A DNA stretch of 36,769 nt from a virus (Duplodnaviria; Caudoviricetes). Position 1 is the stretch's first letter; each line of letters begins with the position of its first letter. The notes under the pieces are model-generated. The model was not told where the DNA came from. It searched no databases and saw nothing but the letters and a program-made list of their open reading frames with translations. Positions 1 to 12,500 of the stretch are shown in pieces. The position numbers and the translations under genes were made by a program. Location: the IMG/VR virus record IMGVR_UViG_3300020183_000232, positions 1 to 36,769 of that record. One strand, written 5' to 3'.

Positions 1-111
1 TATATACCTGGAAAACCCAAACTGACTCGTCAAGGTATGGGAACTGGAACTAAATATGCTGCAACAAGCCGTAACAAGGCTCGTAAACCTTATCGAGGAC
101 AAGGAAAATGA
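1..111 (+). CDS. Small basic hypothetical protein, 5'-truncated (…YIPGKPKLTRQGMGTGTKYAATSRNKARKPYRGQGK)
   Basis: Frame 1 is open from base 1 to TGA at 109-111 (manual translation; not in ORF track). The K/R-rich C-terminus resembles, from memory, a small protein found near baseplate genes in cyanomyoviruses. Confidence 0.75.
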   Translation, partial: YIPGKPKLTRQGMGTGTKYAATSRNKARKPYRGQGK

Positions 112-218
112 GTAAAACTCAAAGAACAGTAAGAGAGGGCAATCTTTGCCGACCAGATAAAAGATATAAAGGTATTAAAACCCAAGCAAAAGCAAATAAA
201 GGCAAAAAGTCTAAATAA
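108..218 (+). CDS. 36-aa lysine-rich hypothetical protein (MSKTQRTVREGNLCRPDKRYKGIKTQAKANKGKKSK)
   Basis: ATG overlaps the upstream stop (ATGA at 108-111), AGGA-like SD just upstream, TAA at 216-218. Below the ORF-track size cutoff. Confidence 0.55.
   Translation: MSKTQRTVREGNLCRPDKRYKGIKTQAKANKGKKSK
211..217 (+). promoter_or_regulatory. Possible T4-like late promoter variant (CTAAATA)
   Basis: CTAAATA about 26 nt upstream of ATG 243; similar position to the other TAAATA boxes in the window. Confidence 0.4.
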
Positions 219-242
219 TTTTAAGTTATTATTTTCACCACA

Positions 243-401
243 ATGTCAGAAGACCTAAATCCAAAACTAGGACCAAATCTTGCAGATGCTCCTGAAACTC
301 CTCCAGTAGATGCTAAAGTTTTTGGTTATAATGTTGCACAACAAGTAAGAAGTAATTACGTTTCTAAGCCAAATCCAAATTCTCCTCTTGCAGCAGGATA
401 A
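243..401 (+). CDS. 52-aa Pro/Asn-rich hypothetical protein (MSEDLNPKLGPNLADAPETPPVDAKVFGYNVAQQVRSNYVSKPNPNSPLAAG)
   Basis: Manual translation from ATG 243 to TAA 399-401. Fills the gap, ending 2 nt before the next ATG. Confidence 0.6.
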   Translation: MSEDLNPKLGPNLADAPETPPVDAKVFGYNVAQQVRSNYVSKPNPNSPLAAG

Positions 402-403
402 TT

Positions 404-871
404 ATGAATGAAAAAGAAGCTTATATTTTATCATGGGCTAAAGATGTAGCTAAAGAAAGAGAAGAACTTGGAGGATTCTCTGTTTGTCCTTATGCTTCTA
501 ACTCTAAAAATAAAATTATTGAGTGTCCAATTGATGATATTGTACCTGAACCAGGTTATGATGTCATCATTTTTATTGTAGATGACTTTTGGAATTTAAC
601 TCAAGTTAAGAAATGGGTAGATATCTATAATGAAAAGTTCCCCTACTACACATTTTTTGAAGATTGTGCGTCTCAACCTACTTTTATCAATGGGGTTCAA
701 ACAAATAATAAGAAATTTAACTTAATTTTGTGTCAATCTAAGGTAAAATTGAGCAAAATTCGCAAAAAATTAGCAAAAACTGAGTATTATACTTATTGGA
801 ACGAAGAATATCTTAAAAAAATACTTGGTGATGAGTACGAATCGGTAATGACAGACGAAATTTCGGGATAG
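404..871 (+). CDS. Hypothetical protein with N-terminal CPYA motif (DUF1415-like)
   Basis: 155-aa ORF in tight operon-like packing. LGGFSVCPYA resembles the CP[FY]A motif of DUF1415-type proteins (recalled, not searched). Confidence 0.6.
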   Translation: MNEKEAYILSWAKDVAKEREELGGFSVCPYASNSKNKIIECPIDDIVPEPGYDVIIFIVDDFWNLTQVKKWVDIYNEKFPYYTFFEDCASQPTFINGVQTNNKKFNLILCQSKVKLSKIRKKLAKTEYYTYWNEEYLKKILGDEYESVMTDEISG

Positions 872-911
872 CAACCCCGTAAAAAGTTCTGATTTAACAA
901 ATCAGGAGCTA
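864..911 (+). promoter_or_regulatory. Structured translational leader (hairpin/pseudoknot plus SD-sequestering hairpin) upstream of ORF 914
   Basis: CGGG(864-867)/CCCG(876-879) stem, A-rich linker 880-885, and a hairpin TTCTGATTT(887-895)/AAATCAGGA(899-907) that covers the SD AGGAG (904-908). Confidence 0.5.
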
Positions 912-913
912 AA

Positions 914-1204
914 ATGTCAAATTTACCAGTCGATAGAGACTCGAATTACATGAAGGAAACGTGGGGGACCACAAAATTGATCACTGATTATGGATCTGAC
1001 GATTTTTTGAAGAAAATTGAAGATTTAGAAGCAAAATTAGTGACTTTCGAAGGTAAAGATTATAGCGGACACTATACTTATGGGTATGGGTTCTTCTCTG
1101 AGCGGATAAAAACGCAAAATCAACTACATGAGCAGATTCGTAATGATGAAGATTATGATGATTGGTCATACGGAACTGAACCAACCTATGGTAAAAAGTG
1201 GTAA
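914..1204 (+). CDS. Hypothetical phage protein (96 aa, acidic C-terminal DEDYDDW motif)
   Basis: Clear SD AGGAG 5 nt before the ATG; lies immediately upstream of gp25. Confidence 0.75.
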   Translation: MSNLPVDRDSNYMKETWGTTKLITDYGSDDFLKKIEDLEAKLVTFEGKDYSGHYTYGYGFFSERIKTQNQLHEQIRNDEDYDDWSYGTEPTYGKKW

Positions 1205-1220
1205 AAGGTCTTATACATAT

Positions 1221-1228
1221 AATAAATA
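1221..1228 (+). promoter_or_regulatory. T4-like late promoter (AATAAATA) for the gp25-gp6-gp7 unit
   Basis: 7/8 match to the gp55-dependent TATAAATA consensus, in the short intergenic gap before gp25. Confidence 0.65.
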
Positions 1229-1240
1229 CCCTTAGTTTGA

Positions 1241-1642
1241 GTGATGAGAAGGATTTCTAGAAAATTTAGAGACATTAGTCTTTCATTTACTAGAAATCCT
1301 GTAACTAATGATATTTTATCATTAAATGATGCTGATGCTATTAAAAAATCTGTAGTTAATCTAGTTAGAACTAGAATTGGAGAAAAATTTTTTAATAGTC
1401 TTATAGGAACTAATATTGAAAGTTCAGTTTTTGAACTTCAATCAATTCCTTTAGCTAGATCTTTACAAATAGATATTGAAATTTTGCTTAAGAATTTTGA
1501 ACCAAGAATTAAAATATCTTCTGTTGAAGTTAGTTATCCAGATTATACTAATGAATTAAATATTGCAATATCTTACGATGTTATTGGATTATCAATTCCT
1601 CCTCAAACAGTAGACTTCATATTACAACCAACTAGAGTCTAA
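1241..1642 (+). CDS. gp25: Baseplate wedge subunit gp25 (GPW/gp25 family)
   Basis: Motifs FRDISLSF…AIKKSVVNLVRTRIGEKFF…G…FEPRI typical of gp25; directly upstream of gp6. Start is GTG 1241 or ATG 1244. Confidence 0.92.
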   Translation: MMRRISRKFRDISLSFTRNPVTNDILSLNDADAIKKSVVNLVRTRIGEKFFNSLIGTNIESSVFELQSIPLARSLQIDIEILLKNFEPRIKISSVEVSYPDYTNELNIAISYDVIGLSIPPQTVDFILQPTRV

Positions 1643-3552
1643 TGTCATTTAATCAATTCACAAATTTAGACTTTAACGATCTAAGAATACAGATCAAAGA
1701 CTATTTGCGAGCAAATAGTGAGTTCACCGACTTTGATTTTGAAGGATCTAATTTTTCTACACTAATTGATCTCTTAGCATACAATAGTTATATTACTGCC
1801 TATAATACGAATATGGCAGTAAATGAAACTTTCTTAGATAGTGCAACTCTTAGAGAAAATGTTGTTTCACTGGCTCGTAATATAGGTTATGTTCCTAGGT
1901 CAAGAAGATCTTCAAGGACAAAAATAAGTTTCTCAGTGGATATGAGAAACAATAACAATTCTAGAACAGTTACTGTTTATGCAGGCACTATTGTATTAGG
2001 GGCTGTAGTTGGTGGCAATTTTATATTTTCAATTCCAGAAAATGTAACCACTCCTATAGAAGGTGATGGATTTGCACATTTTAATAATTTAGAAGTATAT
2101 GAGGGGAGATATTTAACTAGTACTTTTATAATGGATTATTCCCAAAAAAATCAAAGATTTATTTTACCAAATCCAAATATTGATACTACTACTATTAGAA
2201 TTAAAGTTACAGATCAAGTTACTGAAATTTATACAATTTATAATAATATTTTAAACATTAATAAAGACTCTAGAATATTTTTGATTCAGGAAGTTTCCGA
2301 TCAAAAATATGAAATTAGATTTGGGGATGATATTTTAGGAAAAAGACCTCCAGATGGAAGCAGAATTGAAGTTAGCTATATTGTTACGAGTGGTACTTCT
2401 GGTAATGGTGCAAATAATTTTACTTTTGCCGGAATATTGAAAGATAATAATCTTGAAGAAATTTCTTCTGGAGTTTCTTTACCTCTTACTGAGTTTCCAT
2501 CACAAAATGGTGATGAAATTGAAAATATTGATTCAATTAAATATTTGGCTCCAAGAGTTTATGCTTCTCAGTATAGAGCAGTAACAGCAAATGACTATAA
2601 GGGATTGATACCGTACATATATTCAAATGTTGATTCTGTGACTGCTTATGGTGGAGAAGAGTTGGATCCACCTGAATATGGTAAAGTATTCATTTCTATA
2701 AAACCAAGAAATGGGCAATTTTTATCATCTTTAACAAAACAGGAAATATCCAGATCATTAAAACAATATTCAATAGCTGGCATTAAGCCAGAAATTGTTG
2801 ATTTGTCATATTTGTATGTTGAAATAGATTCTTCCGTTTATTACAACGTAAATAGGTCTACTCGTCCAGAATCTATCAGAGGAAAAATTTTAAATACTTT
2901 AACAACATACTCAAAATCTTCTGATGTTAATAGTTTTGGCGGAAGATTCAAATATAGTAAGGTTGTTGGATTAATTGATGATTCCGATAAAGCAGTAACA
3001 TCGAATATAACAAAAGTTAGAATGAGGAGAGATTTAATTCCAAAATTAAACACTGCTGCAACATATGAGTTATGTTTTGGAAATAGAATACATATTAAAA
3101 AAAATGGATACTCCATTAAATCAACAGGATTTAAAATATTTGGAACTTCAGAAATAATTTATATGGCGGATGTACAAGTACAAGATAGTGCAACAGCGGG
3201 AACATTAGATACATCTAAAACGACAAATTTTGGAAGAATATTCTTTTTTAAATTGACAAATAATGTTCCTACGATAGTTACTGCAAATGCTGGAACTATT
3301 GATTATAAAAAAGGAGAGATACTTTTGAATGTGGTAAATATAATAGATTCAACTACAGAGAGTGGAGTAATCGAAGTTCAAGCTATTCCCGAATCCAATG
3401 ATGTTATTGGATTGAAAGATTTATATCTTCAAGTTGATATACAAAAATCAGTGGTAAATATGATTGAAGATAGTATTACCTCAGGTGAAAATATTTCAGC
3501 TACACAATATGTTTCAACATCAAGCTATCTAAACGGACAGTATACTAGATAA
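1642..3552 (+). CDS. gp6: Baseplate wedge subunit gp6
   Basis: LDFNDLRIQIKDYL…DFDFEGSNFSTLIDLLAYN…ETFLDSATLRENVVSLARNIGYVPRS and QYRAVTANDY motifs; 636 aa; TAATG overlap with gp25. Confidence 0.95.
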   Translation: MSFNQFTNLDFNDLRIQIKDYLRANSEFTDFDFEGSNFSTLIDLLAYNSYITAYNTNMAVNETFLDSATLRENVVSLARNIGYVPRSRRSSRTKISFSVDMRNNNNSRTVTVYAGTIVLGAVVGGNFIFSIPENVTTPIEGDGFAHFNNLEVYEGRYLTSTFIMDYSQKNQRFILPNPNIDTTTIRIKVTDQVTEIYTIYNNILNINKDSRIFLIQEVSDQKYEIRFGDDILGKRPPDGSRIEVSYIVTSGTSGNGANNFTFAGILKDNNLEEISSGVSLPLTEFPSQNGDEIENIDSIKYLAPRVYASQYRAVTANDYKGLIPYIYSNVDSVTAYGGEELDPPEYGKVFISIKPRNGQFLSSLTKQEISRSLKQYSIAGIKPEIVDLSYLYVEIDSSVYYNVNRSTRPESIRGKILNTLTTYSKSSDVNSFGGRFKYSKVVGLIDDSDKAVTSNITKVRMRRDLIPKLNTAATYELCFGNRIHIKKNGYSIKSTGFKIFGTSEIIYMADVQVQDSATAGTLDTSKTTNFGRIFFFKLTNNVPTIVTANAGTIDYKKGEILLNVVNIIDSTTESGVIEVQAIPESNDVIGLKDLYLQVDIQKSVVNMIEDSITSGENISATQYVSTSSYLNGQYTR

Positions 3553-3553
3553 A

Positions 3554-6500
3554 ATGTCAGAAATTAAAAGAGTAAAAATTGATTCTATAATAGAATCTCA
3601 AATTCCCCAATTTCTAAGTGAAGACTCTCCATTATTTGTTGAGTTTTTAAGACAATATTACAAATCTTTAGAACATCAGTCTGGAACGGTTGATTTAGCT
3701 TCAAATATAAACAAGTATAAAAGTACAAGTGAATTCAACCCACTAAAATTGGTTGCGGCAACTGAATTAAGTAGTAATCTATTGACATATGACACCACTA
3801 TAACAGTAGATAGTACAGATGGTTGGCCAGATACATATGGATTATTAAAAATTAATGATGAAATCATCACATATACTGGTATAACGACAAATACGTTTAC
3901 TGGGTGTATCAGAGGATTTTCTGGAATTGATTCTATAGAATCTTTTGAAAATTCTGAATTTTTAAATTTTTCTAAAACTTCAGCAACTGAACATTCTTCC
4001 GGATCTGAGGTTATTAATTTAAGTAATTTATTTTTACTTAAATTCTATGAGAATTTTAAGTATGAGTTTTTCCTTGGATTTGAAAATAGAAATTTTGATG
4101 AAAATGTTTCGATAGAAAATGTACTTTTAAATGCAAGAAATTTTTATATTTCAAAAGGTACAGATTCTTCTTATAAATTTTTATTCAAAGTATTGTATGG
4201 AAGTGATATTGATGTAATAAAACCAAATGATTTTACATTAAAACCATCTTCAGATACTTTTTTTGTTACTAAAAATATTCTTGTAGAGAAAATTTCTGGA
4301 GCAGATCCAGTAAACACTAAAGGAAACTTTTTATTTCAAAATACTGGTATTTCAACCGCAACCGGTTCTATCTTTAATATAGAATTCAGACCAGTATCAG
4401 GTAAAAATTTATATGAAATTTCTTTAGATTCATCTTCCCTCTCTGGAACTTTTCGAGCTACAGGCCAAACAAAAATACTTGAAGATGTTCAAGTGGGAGC
4501 TAACAATATTATAGTTGATTCTACTGTTGGATTTGAAAAATCTGGAAAAATTTTAGTCAAACCCGAAAATTCAGACTTTATAGAAATTTTTTATACGGAT
4601 AAAACTTCCACCCAATTTTTAGGAGTAACTGGTGTAACAAAAAAATTAAATTATGGGCTTTTCTTAGTAGAAGATAAATTTGCTTATAGTTATGTTGGAT
4701 TTGGAAATACTTCTAAAGTAGAATTTAGAGTCGTAAATGTTATTCAAGATATTGATTATAAAACTACTAATAATCTAAGAGTAGGGGATAAAATTAAATT
4801 ATCTTCTTTTGGTAAAAATTTATTGGATGATGTGAGATTTAATTCATGGATATACAATATTCCAACAAAACATGATGTTGAATTATCTGAACAACAAAGT
4901 TCAAATAAGTTTAGATTTACTCTATATGATAAAATATCTGCATATAACCAAGAGAAAATATTAGTTTTTGATGAAAACTCTAATTTTGTTCAGGCTGAAA
5001 TTATAGGCATCGAGTTTCCTATTTCTGATCAGATTAAAAAATATTCCAATCAAATATTGGTGCAACTTACACAAGTAGGTATAAATGTAAATAAAATTAA
5101 ATGTATACAAAAAACAATTAATAAATCAAATCACTATACTAATTATTTTCCTGATATTGTAAAATATCCTACTGGAGTTCAAAATAGTTATTTGGGTAAA
5201 GATAATAAGTATTTTTATGTGACTTCTTCGGGACTGCCAAATTATACAATTTACGTGACCGATGATAAAAGAACCGTACAAACGTTTGTACAATCAAATA
5301 GACCTGCAGAATTTCAAGGATTTACGTCAACTTTTTATGTTCCAAGTCATAACTATTCAAATGGTAATTTAATATTTTATAATACAAATAATTTTAATTC
5401 TTCTGGAATATCCACCGGTTACTACTATGTCACTTCTGTTGATCCAAACAATATAAAACTATCATTTAGTAAATCAGATATTTTTTCCAAGAAATATCTT
5501 GAAGCTAAATCAGGAATTTCTTCAGATACTATAGTTATTGGTGGATTCGCAAATAAAACTTTAAATCACCAAAAAATTCTTAAAAAGTTTCCATTTACTC
5601 CAACAAAAGTTTCTTCTGCTGACGATATTAGTAAGAGAACTACAAATAACAAACAAGTAGGTTTAATGGTAAACGGTGTTGAATTATTATCTTCAACATA
5701 TTATGATGAAAATATTTTTTACGGACCTATAGATTCTATAGATGTTACTAATAAAGGAGTTGGATATGATGTTGTAAATCCTCCTACTATTGAAATTATA
5801 GATTCATCAGGACTCGGCGCAAAAGCTCATGCAAATCTATCAGGTAAAGTTGAAAAAATAAAAATAATCTCTCCAGGAATAGGATATCAATCTAAACCCA
5901 AAATTAATATTTTTGGTGGTAATGGAGCGGGTTGTTCATTAGAATCGAATTTAGTGAAATCAAGATTATCTTATGGATTTAAATCAGAAATAAATGTTGA
6001 CGATACAAATAATATTATTTCGTTCTTAACAAATATTGCTTTTGAAGATGGGGAAGAGATAGTATATGATTCAAATACTAATTTAGACGTGCCTGGATTA
6101 GTAAATGGGTCATCTTATTATGTTGGAATAGTAAGTGATAGTAAAATTAAACTTTATACAACAAAAGAAGAATCTCTAAAGAAAATTAATGAAGTTAATA
6201 TTATTGGAGTTAGTTCTGGATTTCATTATTTTAGTACCTTAAAAAGTAAAAATACAATAACCGAGATTTATGTTAAAGATCCTGGACAAGGATATTCAAA
6301 CAGAAAAGTAAAAGTTTTATCGGTCTTATCATTTGATAATGATACTATTGGAATCAATACTTTTGATTCATATGTTTTTGCTCCAAATCACGGATTTTCA
6401 GATGTTGAACTTGTTACTTATTCTACTACGGGAACACCAATATCTGGACTCAATACTTCCCATTATTATTATATAAAAGTTTTAGATGAAAATAAATTTA

Positions 6501-9500
6501 AACTTTCTTTCGCTGGAGTTGGAATTTCCAGTTTAACCACTGATAATTATGTAAATAAAAAATATATTAAATTTGAGTCTCTTGGAGTCGGAACACATAT
6601 TATTGGATACCCGCCTATAACAATAAGTGTAGAAGCTACTTCTTCTTTGGGATCCACATCTATAATTTCTCCGATCTTAAAACCGGTAGTTCTGGGACAA
6701 ATAGAAGATATTTATTTGGAAACTGGTGGGGTTTCTTACGGATGCACAGATATAGTAAATTTTCATAGGAGACCTTTTGTAGGAGTATCTAGTATAAAAT
6801 CTGAAGCTTCCTTGGTTCCTATTGTTGTTAATGGTAAAATTGTGGATGTTAAAATAACCAATGGTGGTAAAGGGTATAGGGAAGACTCTGATATTATCAT
6901 TACAGGTGATGGAGATTTTGCTAAAATTGAACCAATTATTAATTCTGAAGGAAAATTAGTTCAAACCAATATAATTGATGGTGGAGTTGGATATGGCATA
7001 TCAAATACAAGTATAAGACTGGAAAATAGAGGAAAGAGTGCAAAGTTTTTGGCAAATCTAAAACAATGGAAAGTTGATCAAGTAGTAAAATTTCAAAATT
7101 ATACCAATGAAAACGATGATTCTATTCTTTTAGACCCTCAAAATCAAGAGTTAGGACTGCAAGTTTGTTCATACTACATTCCAAAAAAATTAAGATATCA
7201 ACTTTCTGATAATTTTACTGCATCTAATAAAGAAACTTCAGGAGAACTGCGACATTCTCCTATATTTGGATATGCTTATGATGGAAACCCTATATATGGA
7301 CCTTACGGATATGGAAATGCTTCTGGAGGAGCAATACGACAAATAAAAACTAGTTATGTATTAAAAGCGGTTACAGATCCAGATATTAGACCATCTAGTT
7401 TTCAAGCAGGATACTTTGTTAATGATTATGTGTATGATGGTTCTGGAGATCTTGATGAACATAATGGGAGATTTTGTGTAACTCCAGAATATCCTGATGG
7501 AGTTTATGCATATTTTTACAGTGTTGATATTGACATTTCTAAAGTAGCAAAAAATAGATATCCATATATTGTTGGACCAACATTTAATAATATACCATTA
7601 GAAGAAAACTTTTTACCAATATATAATCAAGGATATGACTTTTTTACAAATGAAGTCACAAGAAATGTAGGACCATACTATTTAAATTATTCAAGATCAT
7701 CTTATGGACTCATAGATAATGTTTCCGATAATTATAAACAAGAATTTCAAATTACAAATTTAAATTCTGGAACAATACAAGACGTTTCAATATTTTCTCC
7801 TGGCCACAATTATAAAGTAAATGATTTGATTCTTCTGGATAATAAAGGTTCAGGTGGAACTGGAGCCAATATTGTAATATCAAAATTAAAGGGAAAGGAA
7901 ATTAAAAATATCTCCGTACAATCGAAATCTTTTTCAAATGTAGTTTTTGTCCCCAAATATAATCAGATTGAAGCACAATTTGATACACCTCATCAATTTT
8001 ATAATTTAGAACCAGTAACTATTTCTGGAGTTTCTACAATATCTGCAATTGAGTTAGAAGGTTTATATAAAATTAATGTTAATGATAAGGTAGTTCAATT
8101 AATAGAAAGTATTCCTACACAAGCAGTCACTGGAATATCTACTTTTATAAAAGTAAAAGATATTTCTGGTTTTTCTGTAAATGATTTTATTGGAATAGGA
8201 ACAGAAACGTTGTTAATAACTGGAATTTCTCCACAAAGATCTGGATTCTTTGTGAACAGAATTTCCAATACGGGAGTTCATACTTCTGGAATAGATGATG
8301 TTGTTCTTCTTCCTAAGAAATTTACCTTTAAAACTGAAAATCCAATAGCTGGAGTCTTTATTCCCAATACAACTACATTTTTCGATCCAAAAGAATCTGT
8401 TGGAACAGGATTTTCTGGAATAACTAGGACTGTAGTTGGATTAGGAACCACTTCTTTTGAATCTAGATTCATACCTGCAAAATCAATTTATTTACCAAAC
8501 CACAAATTCTACACAGGTCAACCCCTGACATATAATGCTGGACTTAGTGGAACACCCTTGTATATCAATAAGGTTGGTTCTGGAGTATCTTTTACTATTG
8601 TTAATAATCAAACAGTTTATGCTGTAAATCTAGGAAAAGATTACATAGGTATATCAACAGTTGGGTATACAACTTCTACAGGTATAGGTACAGATTTGGC
8701 CTGTGTAGAATTTTGGAACATAGACCAAGCTTTTGGAGTTGTTGGATCGGCACATTCACTTACAACTCAAAATCAAAATCTTACTGCTAGTGTAAACAGA
8801 GTTTCTGGAATTGTAACCACATCGGAAAACCATGGTCTATCTGTTGGTGACCAAGTTGAGTTTAAAATTCTAAGTACTTTAACTGAATCACATAAATTAT
8901 TTTTTGATAAAATTAATAGAAAAGTTTTAATTGGACAATATACTTTTAATAATTCAAACGTTTCACTTTCAAATAATTCTATAAAAAATACTTCTTTCCG
9001 AAATATAAAAAATGGAACAAAAGTTGTTTATTTTGCTGATAATCCATTAGGTGGATTAACAAATGGAAGAGTATATTATATTTTTAAAAAAGATGTAGAT
9101 ATTATATCTTTTTGTGAATATGAAAGTGATATCTTCATTTCTAAAGAAATTGATATAACATCTCCTTCATCTGGAGGTTCACAATCAATAAAAATTATTA
9201 ATCCACAAATAACTCCTTACAAGGGATCTATAATATCTTTTGATTTGTCTGATGCCTCACTATCTGATATGTCACTTGACTTTTATGTTGATAGCAATTT
9301 CACTAGAAAAATAGAATTTATTGGACTTTTTAACGATGGATTTGCTATTACGAGATCTGGAATTCCAGGACAAACAAACGCTTCAATAACTATTAACACA
9401 AATGTTAATGAGTTTCCAAAAGTTTTATATTATAAATTAAATCCAATAAGTCCATTAGATCAATCTAAAAATCAAATATCAACTGATGAAGAAGTAGTAT

Positions 9501-12500
9501 CGTTCAATAAAATTACTGTAATCGAACATCAATTAAATACTAAAATTAATATAGATTTAATTAATAGTGACAATGCTTTTTCTTTTAATTCAGTAAAGAA
9601 TTTAACTGATACTGAACTACAAATATTACCAAGTGCAAATATAAGTTATACCACTACATCTGAAAATGCAGATGGTCCTATTGAAGATGTAAAAGTTAAT
9701 TTTGGTGGTAGAGGATATTTAAAATTACCAACTATTTCTAGGATTGTATCTGATTCCGGAAACAATGCTGTTCTTAAGTTAATATCCAATGATATTGGAA
9801 AAATTGAAACATTAACAAGAATAAAAGATGGATTTGATTATCCTACTGACCCAACTTTATCTGCACAATTATCCTCAATAATAGTTTGTGGAATAAAAAA
9901 TATACGAACAATTGATAAAATAGAAATTTTAAATGCGGGTAAAAAATATAATACAGCTCCTGTTTTATTTGTAAAAAATGGTGGAAATATTGAATTAAAA
10001 TCATCTATTAGTGGAGGGTCTATAGTTAAAGTTGATATTATAAAAAATTCCACATCTCTTAGTTCTCCATTAGAAATAATTCCAATTTATAATTCCAATG
10101 GATATGAAATAGATGCTTTCACTATATCTGGTAATGACGTAACGATAGAACTATTAAATACACCAATTTCATATCCATTAGTTAATATTGGATATGGATC
10201 AACTATAGTACAGTTTCCATTTTCAATTGGGGATAAAATTTTTATTGAAAAATGTACTCTAACTAGTCAAACTAGTGGACTAGCAAATTTTAATTCCTCA
10301 TCATATGATTATACTTTCTTCACTGTTACTGGAGTAAGCACTTCAAATAATACCATAACTTATAGTATGTCTGGAATATCCACTGGAAGTTTCGGAACAT
10401 ATGATGATGAAAGAAGAGGTTACGTAATTAATAAAAAAGATATGGCTTCTTTTGAAATGGTCTTAAAAGACGATGTTACATATCAATCTTCTGAGAAGGT
10501 AGTTTCGCCTGGATTTAGTGGTAGAATAATGGAAAACGGGTGGGATGATAAATTAAATCAGATGAGAATTATCGATTCTTCTGGAACCTTTAAAATAGGA
10601 GATTCATTATTTGGAGAAACTTCAAAAATTACCGGTGTTGTTGAGTATCTTAGCTCTTTTGAACTAAATTCAACATTAGGTGCAATTAGAGATAAAGAAA
10701 ATTCTTCAAATAACGATGGTATTTTAAATGAGTTTCAACAAAGAATTTCTGATAATTTTTATTATCAGAAGTTTTCTTATTCATTAAGAACTAATGTTCC
10801 ATATTCAACATGGAGAGAATCTGTAAGATCAATCGTTCATCCATCTGGATTTCAAGAATTTTCAGATTATACTTTATATACTCAACCAACTTCTAATGAA
10901 GTTTTAGTAGGTATTTCAAAATCGGAAAATATGAAACCCAAATTATTGGGTTCAAGTTCATCACTCTTATTTAATATTGATAGTGAAGTTGATTTTGCAT
11001 CAATAAAAAATTATGCACTAGTTTATGAAGATGATCTTTATCCAGATGGATCTACAGATAAAATTTTCTTTACTGAAGGAGTTGAGCTCAAACCATATAT
11101 TTTAAATGAAACAAACAAAGTATTAAGAATAGATGATATTAGCCCAGAATTTACTGGTACTACGGAAGTATATTTAAATGGTAGATATGCCGATGCTGCT
11201 TCTCTCTTAGAATTGAATAATGAATTTATTCAACAAGAAGTTCTGTCCTTTGTTCAATTTAATTATCCTAATATTGGATTAAGCACAACATATAATGTTA
11301 GTTACATAGTTGACGCTGTAACACATGATCTAAAATATAACTCCAATAATTTATCCGTAGAAGCTGGACTTTCTTATTGGAATGCCGGATATTCATATAC
11401 TTCAGCTGAAACTGATCGAATTTTATTTGCTTATAATTATGTTAAATTTATTGGTCAATATATAATCAATAATCAAACTCCCCCAACACTGTATCAAACT
11501 GCTGTTGCACAAAAATTTAATTTTGAAATTATTCAAGATCCATTAAATGTTACATCTACAAAATTTAAAAATGCTCGCAATTTAATTTTACTCAATAAGA
11601 GAGAAATTCAAGACAGATCTTTATCGGCAGTTGCGGTTGGATTCCCAACAGGATTTTATTTCCCAGGAGATAGTCAAACTAATTCTAGATCACGATATTA
11701 TCGTGCGTACCAATTGATACAAATTAATAGAACTGAAATTGTCAACACTGCATGGAATAATACAGTTGCAGTTTATCCAGCAATAGCTGCTACTGAAGTT
11801 TCCTGTAAACGAGATTTAGGATATTTGGTTGATGCTATCTCCCTTGATCTATTCACGGGCGGAAATGCTTATTCTCGTCTATTTGTATTAAAATATTTTG
11901 ATAACGGATTGCCCATTGTAAACGGATTAGTGGGTGAGGTAGCTGAATCTACATTTGCATTCGGTCAAGCTCAGACTTTAATGAGAACTGCAGTTACAAA
12001 TGGATTAACCTTAAAAAATTTAAACTCTACTCCTGGACCAACAATTTTTGGAGGTGGGGGTGGAAACGTAGCAATAACCTCAACCGCAGCTTGCACAGAT
12101 GTACAAAATACCATTATAAGTTTGGTTGGAATAGTTAGTACTATTATTTCTGTTGGATCGACAGCAACTCTTCCCATCGCAAATCCTGGAACATATAATA
12201 CAGGTGGACTAAAATGTTTTAGAGATCTTGGATATATTATAGATGGTGTTGCTCAAGATATTTCCTACGGTACTAATCAACACACAATTTATAATACTAA
12301 AAAATATTTTAATGGTGCTGGTGTTGCATTGACCAATGGATTAGTTGGAGAAGAATCTCAATCAATATTGGTGTTTGAAACTTCCAAATATTTTATGAAG
12401 CAAGCGATTACAAATCAGTTGTATGCAAGAAATTTGACTATAGAACCAGATCCTTTAACTGGGGTCAATACAACTACTAATTCATACTTAGATATCCAGA

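Noticed and set aside
864-890. Firm call as a preQ1-I riboswitch
   Set aside because: Only the overall architecture is similar. The loop is shorter, the ligand-contacting nucleotides cannot be matched confidently, and the downstream gene is not queuosine-related. Kept as an unassigned RNA candidate.
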